64,000 nucleotides of DNA from a virus (Duplodnaviria; Heunggongvirae; Uroviricota; Caudoviricetes), in the IMG/VR virus record IMGVR_UViG_3300033153_011579, one strand, 5' to 3'. Numbering within the stretch: position 1 is the first letter of the stretch; the number at the start of each line of letters is the position of its first letter. Below, piece by piece: positions 8,684 to 16,487 of the stretch. The notes under the pieces are model-generated. The model saw only the letters and a list, made by a program, of their open reading frames with translations, searched no databases and was not told where the DNA came from. The position numbers were made by a program, and so were the translations under genes.

Positions 8684-9052
8684 ATGTGGAACAGAGTAAT
8701 ATTCGCGGGCTGGATGGTAGTCGCGTTGCTGATCGGGGTCCTATTCGGCGCAGGCCTCTACCAAACCTGGCCGGCTAATCCCGACGTGATCGAGGACACC
8801 GAACCCTCAAGCGGTCGGCCCCTAGAGATCGAGATCTGCTCAGACGCGGCTGACCACTGCAACGATTCGGAGGACTGCGTAGAGGACGTATTCTCGCGGT
8901 GTCTTTACCACCTCGGGACGCCAACAATGTCCGACTGTCACGAAGAGTGCGCAGGGATCATGAAGGAGCTAAGCGACAAGAACGATGCGTGCTGGGATAG
9001 CTTCATGAACTGCCAAGACGTACTCGACGAGGTGTGGCGAGAAGCGCTGTAA
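8684..9052 (+). CDS. Membrane-anchored Cys-rich protein (122 aa)
   Basis: Cassette upstream; N-terminal TM then Cys-rich domain; paralogue of the 32459..32836 (-) product. Confidence 0.65.
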   Translation: MWNRVIFAGWMVVALLIGVLFGAGLYQTWPANPDVIEDTEPSSGRPLEIEICSDAADHCNDSEDCVEDVFSRCLYHLGTPTMSDCHEECAGIMKELSDKNDACWDSFMNCQDVLDEVWREAL

Positions 9053-9091
9053 GAGAATTGAGAATTCTCTGACACGGAAAAGAGGAACTCA

Positions 9092-9349
9092 GTGACTGAC
9101 GACATCATCCAGATTCGAACCGCGCCAGGATGCCGCAAGGAAAAGCCGATGCGGTATCTGGTGTTCCGCATCGAGTGCTACTACCCAGCGGGTGGGTGGG
9201 ACGACCTCGAAGCGACGACCAACGACAAGGAAACCGCAATCGAACTGGCCAAGAAAATTGAGGCTGAATTCAGCAGCGGCGAGGTGATTGACCTCGATAC
9301 TGGGACTCGCCTTTACCCGCCGTGGCGCGGTGACGACGAGGACGAGTAA
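9092..9349 (+). CDS. Hypothetical acidic protein (85 aa, GTG start)
   Basis: Cassette upstream with SD AGAGGA 5 nt before GTG. Confidence 0.55.
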   Translation: MTDDIIQIRTAPGCRKEKPMRYLVFRIECYYPAGGWDDLEATTNDKETAIELAKKIEAEFSSGEVIDLDTGTRLYPPWRGDDEDE

Positions 9350-9382
9350 GAGAATTGGCGATTCTCTGACACGGAGAGGAAG

Positions 9383-9634
9383 ATGACCAGGCTCGAACAG
9401 TACCAAAAACTCCACGAGATCTTCCTCGTGAACAGGTTTTCGGACGTGTTGACCGAGGCTGAAGAAGACGACCTGCTCTACGCCCTGGACGCCGTTTGGT
9501 GGCAGATGACGAGTGCGGAGCACGCCGAAGCGGAGAAGGACACCTGGATGTGGAATCGGGTGCTGCGGGGATGGTTCGCGCACATCGATCCCGCTGGCGG
9601 AACGAACAACCCAGTGATGAAGTGGAGCTTGTAA
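9383..9634 (+). CDS. Hypothetical protein (83 aa)
   Basis: Cassette upstream. Confidence 0.65.
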   Translation: MTRLEQYQKLHEIFLVNRFSDVLTEAEEDDLLYALDAVWWQMTSAEHAEAEKDTWMWNRVLRGWFAHIDPAGGTNNPVMKWSL

Positions 9635-9669
9635 GAGAACTGACAATTCCCTTACACGAGGAGGAGAGG

Positions 9670-9945
9670 ATGAGGCGGAATCGCAGAACAATGGTGGCCA
9701 CAAGCACGATAGGTTCGTGGATGAGCCGAGTGTATAGACTGGAAGCTGAGAACGAAAAGCTTCGTACTGATCTTCTCTTCGCCAAAGCAAAGATTAAGGC
9801 GATCCGGGTACGTATTGAGATGGTCGATGATGGGGAGAGCTGTTACCAGTCACACGACGCGGTACCAGACATTCTCAACATTCTGCGTGGGGGGACGCTT
9901 TGGACAGGAAGTCCACAGTACGCCGCCGTCAAAAAACGCCTGTAA
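9670..9945 (+). CDS. Hypothetical coiled-coil protein (91 aa)
   Basis: Cassette variant (ATTCCCTTACACGAGGAGGAGAGG-ATG); start relocated to ATG 9670. Confidence 0.6.
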   Translation: MRRNRRTMVATSTIGSWMSRVYRLEAENEKLRTDLLFAKAKIKAIRVRIEMVDDGESCYQSHDAVPDILNILRGGTLWTGSPQYAAVKKRL

Positions 9946-9982
9946 GAGAACCGACTGACTCTATTACACGAGGAGATAATAG

Positions 9983-10465
9983 ATGCACGGGCTAGGAAGA
10001 AGAGGAAACCGCCGGAAGAAACGCCTGAAGAAACATCGAGGCCGTACTCCTGCTAGAGTTTCGGCATCCAGCAAGGTCTACAACACTACCTCCAGGACCG
10101 TCGTCAAGACTGCTGCGCCCAGCACCGTCGTCACGTTCGACGACGTAGCTGATCTGGCCGAGGCGACCCTCGACGAGGAGAACGTGACCGCGCTGTTCAT
10201 GCGGTACGACAATAACATCAGGCCAACGCTCTTCTACACTGCCTACGCGGAAACTCCGTCTGGGCGCGTCTTCCTCCAGGCAGTCCATGTACTGTCGAAA
10301 GATGAGATCTACGAGAACCCAAAACACCCGCTGCCCTGTTACAGGGACGGCAAGGACATGAGGTGCCCCTATCCGCAGGAGCACATCATCGACAGGGCCG
10401 TTGAGTACTGGGAGTCCCGAGGGATTGACGTCTACGAGGGCACGGTGGAGATGAAGATTTTGTAA
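9983..10465 (+). CDS. Hypothetical protein (160 aa)
   Basis: Cassette upstream. Confidence 0.65.
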   Translation: MHGLGRRGNRRKKRLKKHRGRTPARVSASSKVYNTTSRTVVKTAAPSTVVTFDDVADLAEATLDEENVTALFMRYDNNIRPTLFYTAYAETPSGRVFLQAVHVLSKDEIYENPKHPLPCYRDGKDMRCPYPQEHIIDRAVEYWESRGIDVYEGTVEMKIL

Positions 10466-10499
10466 GAGAACCTTCTATTCCCTGACATGGAGGATTGAG

Positions 10500-10733
10500 A
10501 TGAAAACGGGAGAACGCGAACTGTTCAAGGTAACCGGACGACCTGGTCGCCGTATCTGGCGCAAACAAGCCGGAGCGCGAGGGTACCGACCCATCTGGAC
10601 CTCCGACTACGTTGAGGAGGTTGACGGGAAGTTCTTCTGCACGATTCGGAGTGAGTCCGAGAACGACCTGCCGATGGAGCAGCACGATAACCTTCAAGAC
10701 GCGCTCGAGTGGTTGATGAGGGATCGGACGTAA
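10500..10733 (+). CDS. Hypothetical protein (77 aa)
   Basis: Cassette upstream. Confidence 0.65.
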   Translation: MKTGERELFKVTGRPGRRIWRKQAGARGYRPIWTSDYVEEVDGKFFCTIRSESENDLPMEQHDNLQDALEWLMRDRT

Positions 10734-10766
10734 GAGAATCAACGATTCTCTGACATGGAGGACAGG

Positions 10767-10961
10767 ATGAAACGCACGCTGTTGACCGAGATCGACTTTG
10801 ACCGTCAGAGCTGTCGGGTCATCGAGGCGGAGATCATCAAGTGCAACACCTGTAAGGGTAGCGGTTGGAAAGAGGTTTCGACGCACCGCGGAAACTACAG
10901 ACGCCGCTGTGCTCAGTGCCACGGCACAGGCAAGGTGCTGGTGGGACCGAAGGTTCGATGA
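10767..10961 (+). CDS. Zn-ribbon protein (64 aa)
   Basis: Cassette upstream; CNTCKGSG…CAQCHGTG. Confidence 0.65.
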   Translation: MKRTLLTEIDFDRQSCRVIEAEIIKCNTCKGSGWKEVSTHRGNYRRRCAQCHGTGKVLVGPKVR

Positions 10962-11002
10962 CTGTAAGAGAACAGACGATTCTCTGACACGAGGAGAGAA
11001 GG

Positions 11003-11254
11003 ATGAATTTCAGTAACGAGCAAATGACAGAGTGGCTGTCGGAGGTTCCGGAAGCTACCAGCGTACGCTGCGTGGCTATCCCTCCGTACATCAGTAAAGA
11101 GATGAAGGAGCGGCCAGTGATTCCGTGGGATCTGCTTACCCGAGAAGTCAACAACAAGATAGGTGATGGTGACCGCGTACTCGGGATTCGTGCTGCGGGG
11201 GCCAACTCCTACGGCAATTACTGGATCATCATTTGGGTTGGCAACAAAGAGTGA
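11003..11254 (+). CDS. Hypothetical protein (83 aa)
   Basis: Cassette upstream. Confidence 0.65.
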   Translation: MNFSNEQMTEWLSEVPEATSVRCVAIPPYISKEMKERPVIPWDLLTREVNNKIGDGDRVLGIRAAGANSYGNYWIIIWVGNKE

Positions 11255-11293
11255 GCTTGTAAGAGAAACTAATATTCTCTGACGGAGGAGAGC

Positions 11294-11527
11294 ATGGACA
11301 ACGATACCAAAAGACTGTGTGGCAACTGCTTCTGGTTTGATCAAGAGCTCTGTCGACGACTGCCACCGCGCATGATTGACCAGGTAGATCTTTATGAAAA
11401 AGATAGTGAGTTCAACACCTGGAATGCCAGTTACGCAGACGACTACACCTCTTGGCCAGTTGTAGAAGAGAAAGCCTGGTGCGGAGAATGGCGATCGAAG
11501 GAAGACGGCTGGCCCGTCGGTAAGTAA
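11294..11527 (+). CDS. Hypothetical protein (77 aa)
   Basis: Cassette upstream. Confidence 0.65.
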   Translation: MDNDTKRLCGNCFWFDQELCRRLPPRMIDQVDLYEKDSEFNTWNASYADDYTSWPVVEEKAWCGEWRSKEDGWPVGK

Positions 11528-11559
11528 GAGAATCAAACATTCTCTGACACGAGGAGAAG

Positions 11560-11673
11560 ATGATGGAAATTCTAATTTTTTGGCTGTGCTTTTGTGGACT
11601 CGGAGCCGTTGGTATATTGGTAGCGTCCTTGGTGATCCTCAGTGAGGAACGTCAACGAAACGGTCGCCAGTAA
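11560..11673 (+). CDS. Small single-TM peptide (37 aa), not in ORF track
   Basis: Cassette 11526-11559 upstream; MMEILIFWLCFCGLGAVGILVASLVILSEERQRNGRQ*. Confidence 0.55.
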   Translation: MMEILIFWLCFCGLGAVGILVASLVILSEERQRNGRQ

Positions 11674-11714
11674 GAGAATCAGCACGTTCCCTGAAAGGAA
11701 GATTGGAGAACAAA

Positions 11715-11927
11715 ATGTCGAAGAACACGGTCACGCAGCACGTTTTGGTTGATTCCCATGTTGAGTGCTTCCCTGAGGAATTCCTCGAAGCACTTCTCGC
11801 AGTTTGTCCGGCTCCCTTGGCACCGGACAGTCTTAAACAACTCCGTGACATAGGGAGAGTCCAGTTGAGCCTCTGGCTTTCCCCGGAGGACTTGAAGCGC
11901 TGGACAGGTAAAGCGCCAGGGGAATGA
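11715..11927 (+). CDS. Hypothetical protein (70 aa)
   Basis: Hybrid A/B motif upstream (GTAAGAGAATCAGCACGTTCCCTG). Confidence 0.55.
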   Translation: MSKNTVTQHVLVDSHVECFPEEFLEALLAVCPAPLAPDSLKQLRDIGRVQLSLWLSPEDLKRWTGKAPGE

Positions 11928-11976
11928 CACTTTCCCTGTGCCTACACAACAACCGCCTAGTGGGGCAAGGAGTAGG

Positions 11977-12330
11977 ATGATGACAGAGCATACATTGACC
12001 GTTGGTGGAAGCGAGGTCGTGGTTTCGAGTAACCCTGTTTCAAGGGACCTTGTCGGCTCGGACCGCAGCTTCGGAGATGAACGCGCGCACCCATGTCCGA
12101 ACTGTAGCAAAAATAGTCTGCGCTACCATTTCCTCGACTACAGGCCTGCGCTGTCGTGGGCCTGCGTCGAGTGTGGCTATGCTGAGCACCCGCCGATTGA
12201 AAAGTTGGTTGCCGATGGGTACTCCCCGCAGAAGGTAGAGGAGGATTGGTCGACCTGCATTTACCCAAAGGAGTGGATGCTTTACTCCCCGCTTGAGCGG
12301 TTAGCGTCACCACAAACACGAAAGGATTAG
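11977..12330 (+). CDS. Zn-ribbon protein (117 aa)
   Basis: Hairpin-B at 11929, SD AAGGAG; CPNC…CVECG. Confidence 0.55.
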   Translation: MMTEHTLTVGGSEVVVSSNPVSRDLVGSDRSFGDERAHPCPNCSKNSLRYHFLDYRPALSWACVECGYAEHPPIEKLVADGYSPQKVEEDWSTCIYPKEWMLYSPLERLASPQTRKD

Positions 12331-12334
12331 AACG

Positions 12335-12685
12335 ATGGGTTTGTTTTCACCACCAGGCCAAGCTCCAGATCTCCGAGAGGCGAAAGATGTTAGAGTTATC
12401 GTCACCCTATGCAAGGACGAAGAACCAGGTGATGGATATGTCCGAACACAGATAACCGCTCTCGATGAACTCGAGGAGGGTGAAGAGGGTTTAAATATTA
12501 ACGGAGACAACGTCTTTGAGGCACTGGTTTACGCGCTGTACCACCACTTTGTAAACGAGCACGAGGTTGGGCATTCTTGTTGCCTTACTCATTTTATCGA
12601 AGAGATCACAGACCTACTGGAGCGTGTCAACGAGACTGACGGAAACGAAAAGGTCAGTCGGAGTTCTGAAGAACACACACATTAA
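12335..12685 (+). CDS. Hypothetical acidic protein (116 aa)
   Basis: SD AAAGGA upstream. Confidence 0.55.
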   Translation: MGLFSPPGQAPDLREAKDVRVIVTLCKDEEPGDGYVRTQITALDELEEGEEGLNINGDNVFEALVYALYHHFVNEHEVGHSCCLTHFIEEITDLLERVNETDGNEKVSRSSEEHTH

Positions 12686-12794
12686 TAAGGGTTATTGCAT
12701 CAGCTGCGGACCGTCGACCCTGTATGAGGAATGACACGTTCCCTGGTGGGAGAACGTCGAACTGGAGTGAGAGGAGTTTGAATGTTTAAAGCAC

Positions 12795-12943
12795 GTCGAG
12801 TTCTCCGAGCGCGCGGTGAGTGTGGACGGGGGCCTGCGTTGGGTTTTTGTGACGAATTCTCCTTAGCAGGCCTTCTACGTGGAGTGCTTCAACCATTCCA
12901 TCGACCTACTCGACCCACTCACCGCGCGCTCGGAGAACTCGAC
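12795..12943. repeat. 28-bp perfect inverted repeat with a 93-bp spacer in a non-coding gap
   Basis: GTCGAGTTCTCCGAGCGCGCGGTGAGTG (12795-12822) and its exact reverse complement at 12916-12943; an inner IR GGCCTGC/GCAGGCC lies in the loop. Confidence 0.85.
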
Positions 12944-12971
12944 GGCACGCAGTCGGGGGAAGGAGAAAAGA

Positions 12972-13181
12972 ATGCGAAAATATCGATTTCAGCACGATGA
13001 GGATGGTGACGTGCTGTGGGTCTACATCGCCGGTAACTCCGCGTACCCAGGGGAGCACCGCTTCGATCCACCAGAAGTTTTGGAGGCCTACATCGGTTAC
13101 CTTCGAGCATGTAAAGGTGATCAACTTGATTCTGATGTAGTTATCGCCTGGAAGGACAGTGCTTGGGGTCCGGATGTCTGA
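12972..13181 (+). CDS. Hypothetical protein (69 aa)
   Basis: SD GGAAGGAGAAAAG upstream; the region 12686-12971 upstream is non-coding and structured. Confidence 0.5.
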   Translation: MRKYRFQHDEDGDVLWVYIAGNSAYPGEHRFDPPEVLEAYIGYLRACKGDQLDSDVVIAWKDSAWGPDV

Positions 13182-13232
13182 TGACACGTTCCCTGGTACC
13201 CCTATGCCCAAACACTAGGCAGGAGGAATGAG

Positions 13233-13412
13233 ATGTCTGAAAAGAAAGCTGTGGTTCAACGTGTTGTCATCCACGAACTCTTGGATGCAGGTGTGGTGGC
13301 GATCGAAGGACGTGATCTTGTGTTCGAGTCCCCCTGGGACAAGGGCTCAGAGGCGATGATTGCTTTGATGAAGAAAGGCCTCGTCAAAGACGTGGTCCGG
13401 GACAGGGAATGA
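13233..13412 (+). CDS. Hypothetical protein (59 aa), not in ORF track
   Basis: Hairpin-B at 13188, SD AGGAGGAATGAG-ATG; MSEKKAVVQRVVIHELLDAGVVAIEGRDLVFESPWDKGSEAMIALMKKGLVKDVVRDRE*. Confidence 0.5.
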   Translation: MSEKKAVVQRVVIHELLDAGVVAIEGRDLVFESPWDKGSEAMIALMKKGLVKDVVRDRE

Positions 13413-13437
13413 CACGTCCCCTGAAAGGAGAAGCCCG

Positions 13438-13713
13438 ATGGGTCAAACAACATCCGACAATCCAGGTGGAGTGAAGTCGCTCTTCGAAGATAACAACTCA
13501 CAAAAAGCTACTGCCTCCACGCTCGCCGGATACCTCGTCGAAGATGGTGCTTGGATGGTATTGCCAGATGGGGACCGCGAGATCACTATTGTGCGGCACA
13601 GAGACTATGGCACGATCATGTATCTCATTGATGGTCCAGGCGAGGATATAAGAAGCGGCGTAGTAAAAACGGTGCGAGAACTCGCTGACGCCATCGCCGT
13701 TGGTGGGGAATGA
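13438..13713 (+). CDS. Hypothetical protein (91 aa)
   Basis: Hairpin-B 13408 plus SD AAAGGAGAAG upstream. Confidence 0.6.
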   Translation: MGQTTSDNPGGVKSLFEDNNSQKATASTLAGYLVEDGAWMVLPDGDREITIVRHRDYGTIMYLIDGPGEDIRSGVVKTVRELADAIAVGGE

Positions 13714-13774
13714 CACGTTCCCTAGGAACTTGAGCTTGTAAGAGAATCTCGCATTCTCTGACACGGAGGAAAAA

Positions 13775-13954
13775 ATGGACGAACACATGAGATATTTAGG
13801 CTGCCTGAAACTACTTGAGGATTGCTCACCTTACGTACCGGAAGAGATTCGTGAGGGTATCGAGATGGCTCACGACGATGCTGTAGAGGCCAGCAACGGG
13901 ACCTTGCGGGCTCGCAGTGTGCTCGATCGACGAGAGATCGAGGTGGTGACGTAA
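13775..13954 (+). CDS. Hypothetical protein (59 aa), not in ORF track
   Basis: Tandem hairpin-B plus cassette-A upstream (13711-13774). Confidence 0.5.
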   Translation: MDEHMRYLGCLKLLEDCSPYVPEEIREGIEMAHDDAVEASNGTLRARSVLDRREIEVVT

Positions 13955-13985
13955 GAGAATCCGCACGTTCTCTTACACGGAGGAA

Positions 13986-14189
13986 ATGATGGGTAAAGAT
14001 GTGAGGACCAAGACATTCGCTATGATGTTTCGGGAGCGCTGCGTGATCATGCGGGATGCTTTCGACCGCCGTGACGTAGAGGGCTTTGCTACTGCTCTCA
14101 AGGACGTTGAGCGCCTGATGCGAGAGCACGCCGAGGGGTGCGGCTGCTCACAATGCCGAGAGACGCTGAAGATCATGAATGAGGTGTAA
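13986..14189 (+). CDS. Cys-containing protein (67 aa)
   Basis: Cassette upstream; CGCSQC. Confidence 0.6.
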   Translation: MMGKDVRTKTFAMMFRERCVIMRDAFDRRDVEGFATALKDVERLMREHAEGCGCSQCRETLKIMNEV

Positions 14190-14223
14190 GAGAATACACA
14201 CGTCCTTTAACACGGAGGAAACG

Positions 14224-14460
14224 ATGAGTACTGTTCTGGATAATGACCAAAAATTGATGGTAATTCTGGCGGTTGTGGTGGCACTCTTCCTGTTAATTTT
14301 GGCTGGTGGGAAGCTTATTGGTGATGTTTTGTCACCCCCAACACCCCAAGAGGACTGTATGAACCAGGCCCAGCAGCTGGACAGCGAGGAGTCTGAGAAA
14401 GAAGCCTACTACAAGTGTCTTGAGTCTTTAGGGCTGGAAGATCCTAAAAAGGCTTTGTAA
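14224..14460 (+). CDS. Small membrane protein (78 aa)
   Basis: Cassette upstream; TM LMVILAVVVALFLLILAGG. Confidence 0.65.
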   Translation: MSTVLDNDQKLMVILAVVVALFLLILAGGKLIGDVLSPPTPQEDCMNQAQQLDSEESEKEAYYKCLESLGLEDPKKAL

Positions 14461-14492
14461 GAGAATCTTCCGTTCTCTGACACGGAGAAGAA

Positions 14493-15164
14493 GTGAAGCT
14501 GAGAAAACCACCAATCCTCTGCTCGATCTGCGGAGACCCAATCGTCACGAAGTGGCGAGACAAGCGAAGGCAGACCTGCGGGTCTCCCGAGTGCCGGGTG
14601 GCGATCCTGCTCGAGCCGCACCTGGGCGACCGGACTCGACCGTACGCCGGCGGAGCTCGCGGGAAGTGGAAAAAAAGCACCAAGCGCGGGTCGGTGGTGC
14701 GCGACCTCGCGAAGTGGGGTATTGGGCTTTCCGAGGAGATCTCCACGAACCTCGCCGACGCGGCCGACCAGGTCTTTAAGAGAACCAAAACCGCGAAGGC
14801 GGTCGGGACGAAGAAGGACGAGCGCGGTGCGGACCACCCGGAGGCCCAGGCTCAGATCTGGGGCTTCCTCGCTCGTAGGAGCGCGCTCATAAAAGTCGTC
14901 AGCAAGGACGACGGCGAGCCCGGGTTGCTCATTCTCAAAACCAAAAGCGAGAGTGTCCCGCACGCCATCCGCCGTCTCCTGAGCATCACCCCGGTCTCCG
15001 AGAACCTGTGCGATGTCTTCATGGCGTGGAGCTGTCCTTGCCCTCAGGACTCTCGAGTGATTTACGAAACGATCGACGACCTGCCCAAGACGGTAGGCTA
15101 TCACGACCCGTGCCCGCGTTGCGGTGCGGCACCACTGGAGGTGAAAAATGTTCCTAAAAAATAG
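14493..15164 (+). CDS. Zn-finger protein (223 aa, GTG start)
   Basis: Cassette upstream; CSICG…CGSPEC …CPRCG. Confidence 0.6.
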   Translation: MKLRKPPILCSICGDPIVTKWRDKRRQTCGSPECRVAILLEPHLGDRTRPYAGGARGKWKKSTKRGSVVRDLAKWGIGLSEEISTNLADAADQVFKRTKTAKAVGTKKDERGADHPEAQAQIWGFLARRSALIKVVSKDDGEPGLLILKTKSESVPHAIRRLLSITPVSENLCDVFMAWSCPCPQDSRVIYETIDDLPKTVGYHDPCPRCGAAPLEVKNVPKK

Positions 15165-15528
15165 CGTGTTCCTTCCCGGGCGAGGCTGGCTACTCGTGAA
15201 GCCACCGGAGTCGGAAGCCGACACAGGAGAGGTCTACACTGTCGACGTGATCGAGCTCGCCGCCGAGGAGAAGTCCGCGTGCCCGCAGTTCCAGGAGGAG
15301 ACAGCGATACGCGGTGCTGGCGGCGCTCCGATGATGACCGTGGACATCGTGCTCCCGAAGCGCTGCTACGTCGGTGACCGGTGGAGCGTACTAAAGGACA
15401 GAGACGCAGTGCGCGAGGTACCCGACCTGGACGGTGCCCTGCTCAAGACCGAGGAGGTGATCGGCTGGGAGTGGGAGGACGACCGTCTCAAGCCGCCTCC
15501 TGGCGTCGTAGAGGACCTGGACTCCTGA
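15148..15528 (+). CDS. Hypothetical protein (126 aa); weak GroES-like N-terminus
   Basis: PGRGWLLVKPPESEADTGEVY loosely resembles the GroES mobile-loop region; speculative. Confidence 0.4.
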   Translation: MFLKNSVFLPGRGWLLVKPPESEADTGEVYTVDVIELAAEEKSACPQFQEETAIRGAGGAPMMTVDIVLPKRCYVGDRWSVLKDRDAVREVPDLDGALLKTEEVIGWEWEDDRLKPPPGVVEDLDS

Positions 15529-16487
15529 TGCCGACCAGAGCACACATCCAGGCGTTGGCCAACGCGAGAGAGGCTCTCGAGCCGTTCAGCCGGTGGCTCG
15601 TCCGCGGGTGCGGGAAGACCGATGGAGAGGCCGACTTCATCATCAGCTTCGTGTGTCGCGCGCTGTGGACTTCCACCGCCGACGACGACGAGGATCCCGA
15701 CCCGCTCGATTGCCTCTCCGAGCCGATGATCACCCGGCCGACATTCAACAAGCTGAAATCGGCCATCCGGCAGTATTACACCTGGCACCTCGTCCGGCAG
15801 TCGTCGCCACCGAGTGAGAAAGAGCGGGCGAGGCGGCAGCTCAGGCGGCTCGAATCCATCTTGCCGTACGGCGGCGTCGGGAGACGAGCCAAACGGGTCG
15901 CGATCGATGCGCTGTCGCAGGCGGATTTAAAAAAGCTCATGGACGGACTGAAAAAATGGCACGCGGAACAAGGACGGCGATGGCCCTGGAGCTACCCGGT
16001 GATCAGCATGTGCCTGAAGATCTCGCCGGCGATCAGAAACTGTCTGGTCTACCTCTCTCGTGAGGAGCTCGTCCTCGCTCTCGCCGACGGGGTGAACAGC
16101 GGGTCGTTCAACCTGTGGGTCCGCCAGAAGAACGTGCCGGTCATGAGGTCGATCCCCATCGGGCTCGTCTGGAAAGAGGCGGACATGCTCGTCGGCTGGC
16201 CCTGGCAATGGGAGACGCTCCAGGACATTATCTCGTCGTCCAACGCGAGCACCCAGAACTCGGTGAACAAGATCAAAGAGATCTCTTTCAAGTACTATCG
16301 CCACGTCCTGGGAGACATCGGCGACCCGAAGACGTTCTTAGCTCGACTTCGGTATGCCACCTGGGTCTGGCTCTTGAAAAAGACGAAAGGCGACTGGCTC
16401 TCCGTCGCGCAGATCGTCGGGAAGTCGGTAAAGATCCTCAGAAGACGGCCGGAGCTGCTCGAGGTCGTGTCGAGGAGGCTGAACTAG
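15528..16487 (+). CDS. Integrase-like protein with a degenerate catalytic box (319 aa)
   Basis: ARLRYATWVWLLKKTKGDWLSVAQIVGKS resembles box II of tyrosine recombinases (LRHTxAT…G.D…LGHS) but lacks the His and Tyr residues. Confidence 0.35.
   Translation: MPTRAHIQALANAREALEPFSRWLVRGCGKTDGEADFIISFVCRALWTSTADDDEDPDPLDCLSEPMITRPTFNKLKSAIRQYYTWHLVRQSSPPSEKERARRQLRRLESILPYGGVGRRAKRVAIDALSQADLKKLMDGLKKWHAEQGRRWPWSYPVISMCLKISPAIRNCLVYLSREELVLALADGVNSGSFNLWVRQKNVPVMRSIPIGLVWKEADMLVGWPWQWETLQDIISSSNASTQNSVNKIKEISFKYYRHVLGDIGDPKTFLARLRYATWVWLLKKTKGDWLSVAQIVGKSVKILRRRPELLEVVSRRLN

Larger units (their letters stand above)
5343..13729 (+). repeat. Dispersed hairpin motif B: GGGAA-TGACACG-TTCCC(TG), 7 copies
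   Basis: Copies at about 5343, 11683 (hybrid with A), 11929, 12725, 13188, 13408 and 13711; two are directly followed by cassette A. Confidence 0.8.
1136..14495 (+). repeat. Dispersed ~38-bp junction cassette A: (T/C)TGTAAGAGAAT-N4-6-ATTCTCTGACACGGAGGAG-N3-5-ATG, about 29 full copies
   Basis: Full copies begin near 1136, 1732, 2018, 2471, 2708, 4337, 4587, 5378, 5610, 6484, 6808, 7149, 7680, 8376, 8649, 9052, 9349, 9635, 9946, 10465, 10732, 10965, 11259, 11526, 11674, 13736, 13957, 14188 and 14459. Two further partial copies (TGACACGGAG plus SD) lie at 3072 and 6284. Confidence 0.9.

Noticed and set aside
13256-14129. Minus-strand ORFs 13256..13501, 13498..13788 and 13722..14129
   Set aside because: They run antisense through motif-defined + strand mini-genes and contain the cassette sequence as coding, with poor composition.
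1136-14495. CRISPR array interpretation of the repeated 38-bp motif
   Set aside because: Repeat spacing is irregular (200-700 bp) and the 'spacers' are protein-coding genes with SD/ATG. The repeat includes the start context, and no cas genes are present.
14409-15224. 271-aa minus-strand ORF
   Set aside because: Antisense to the cassette-defined 14493..15164 gene; Arg/Pro-rich artefact composition.
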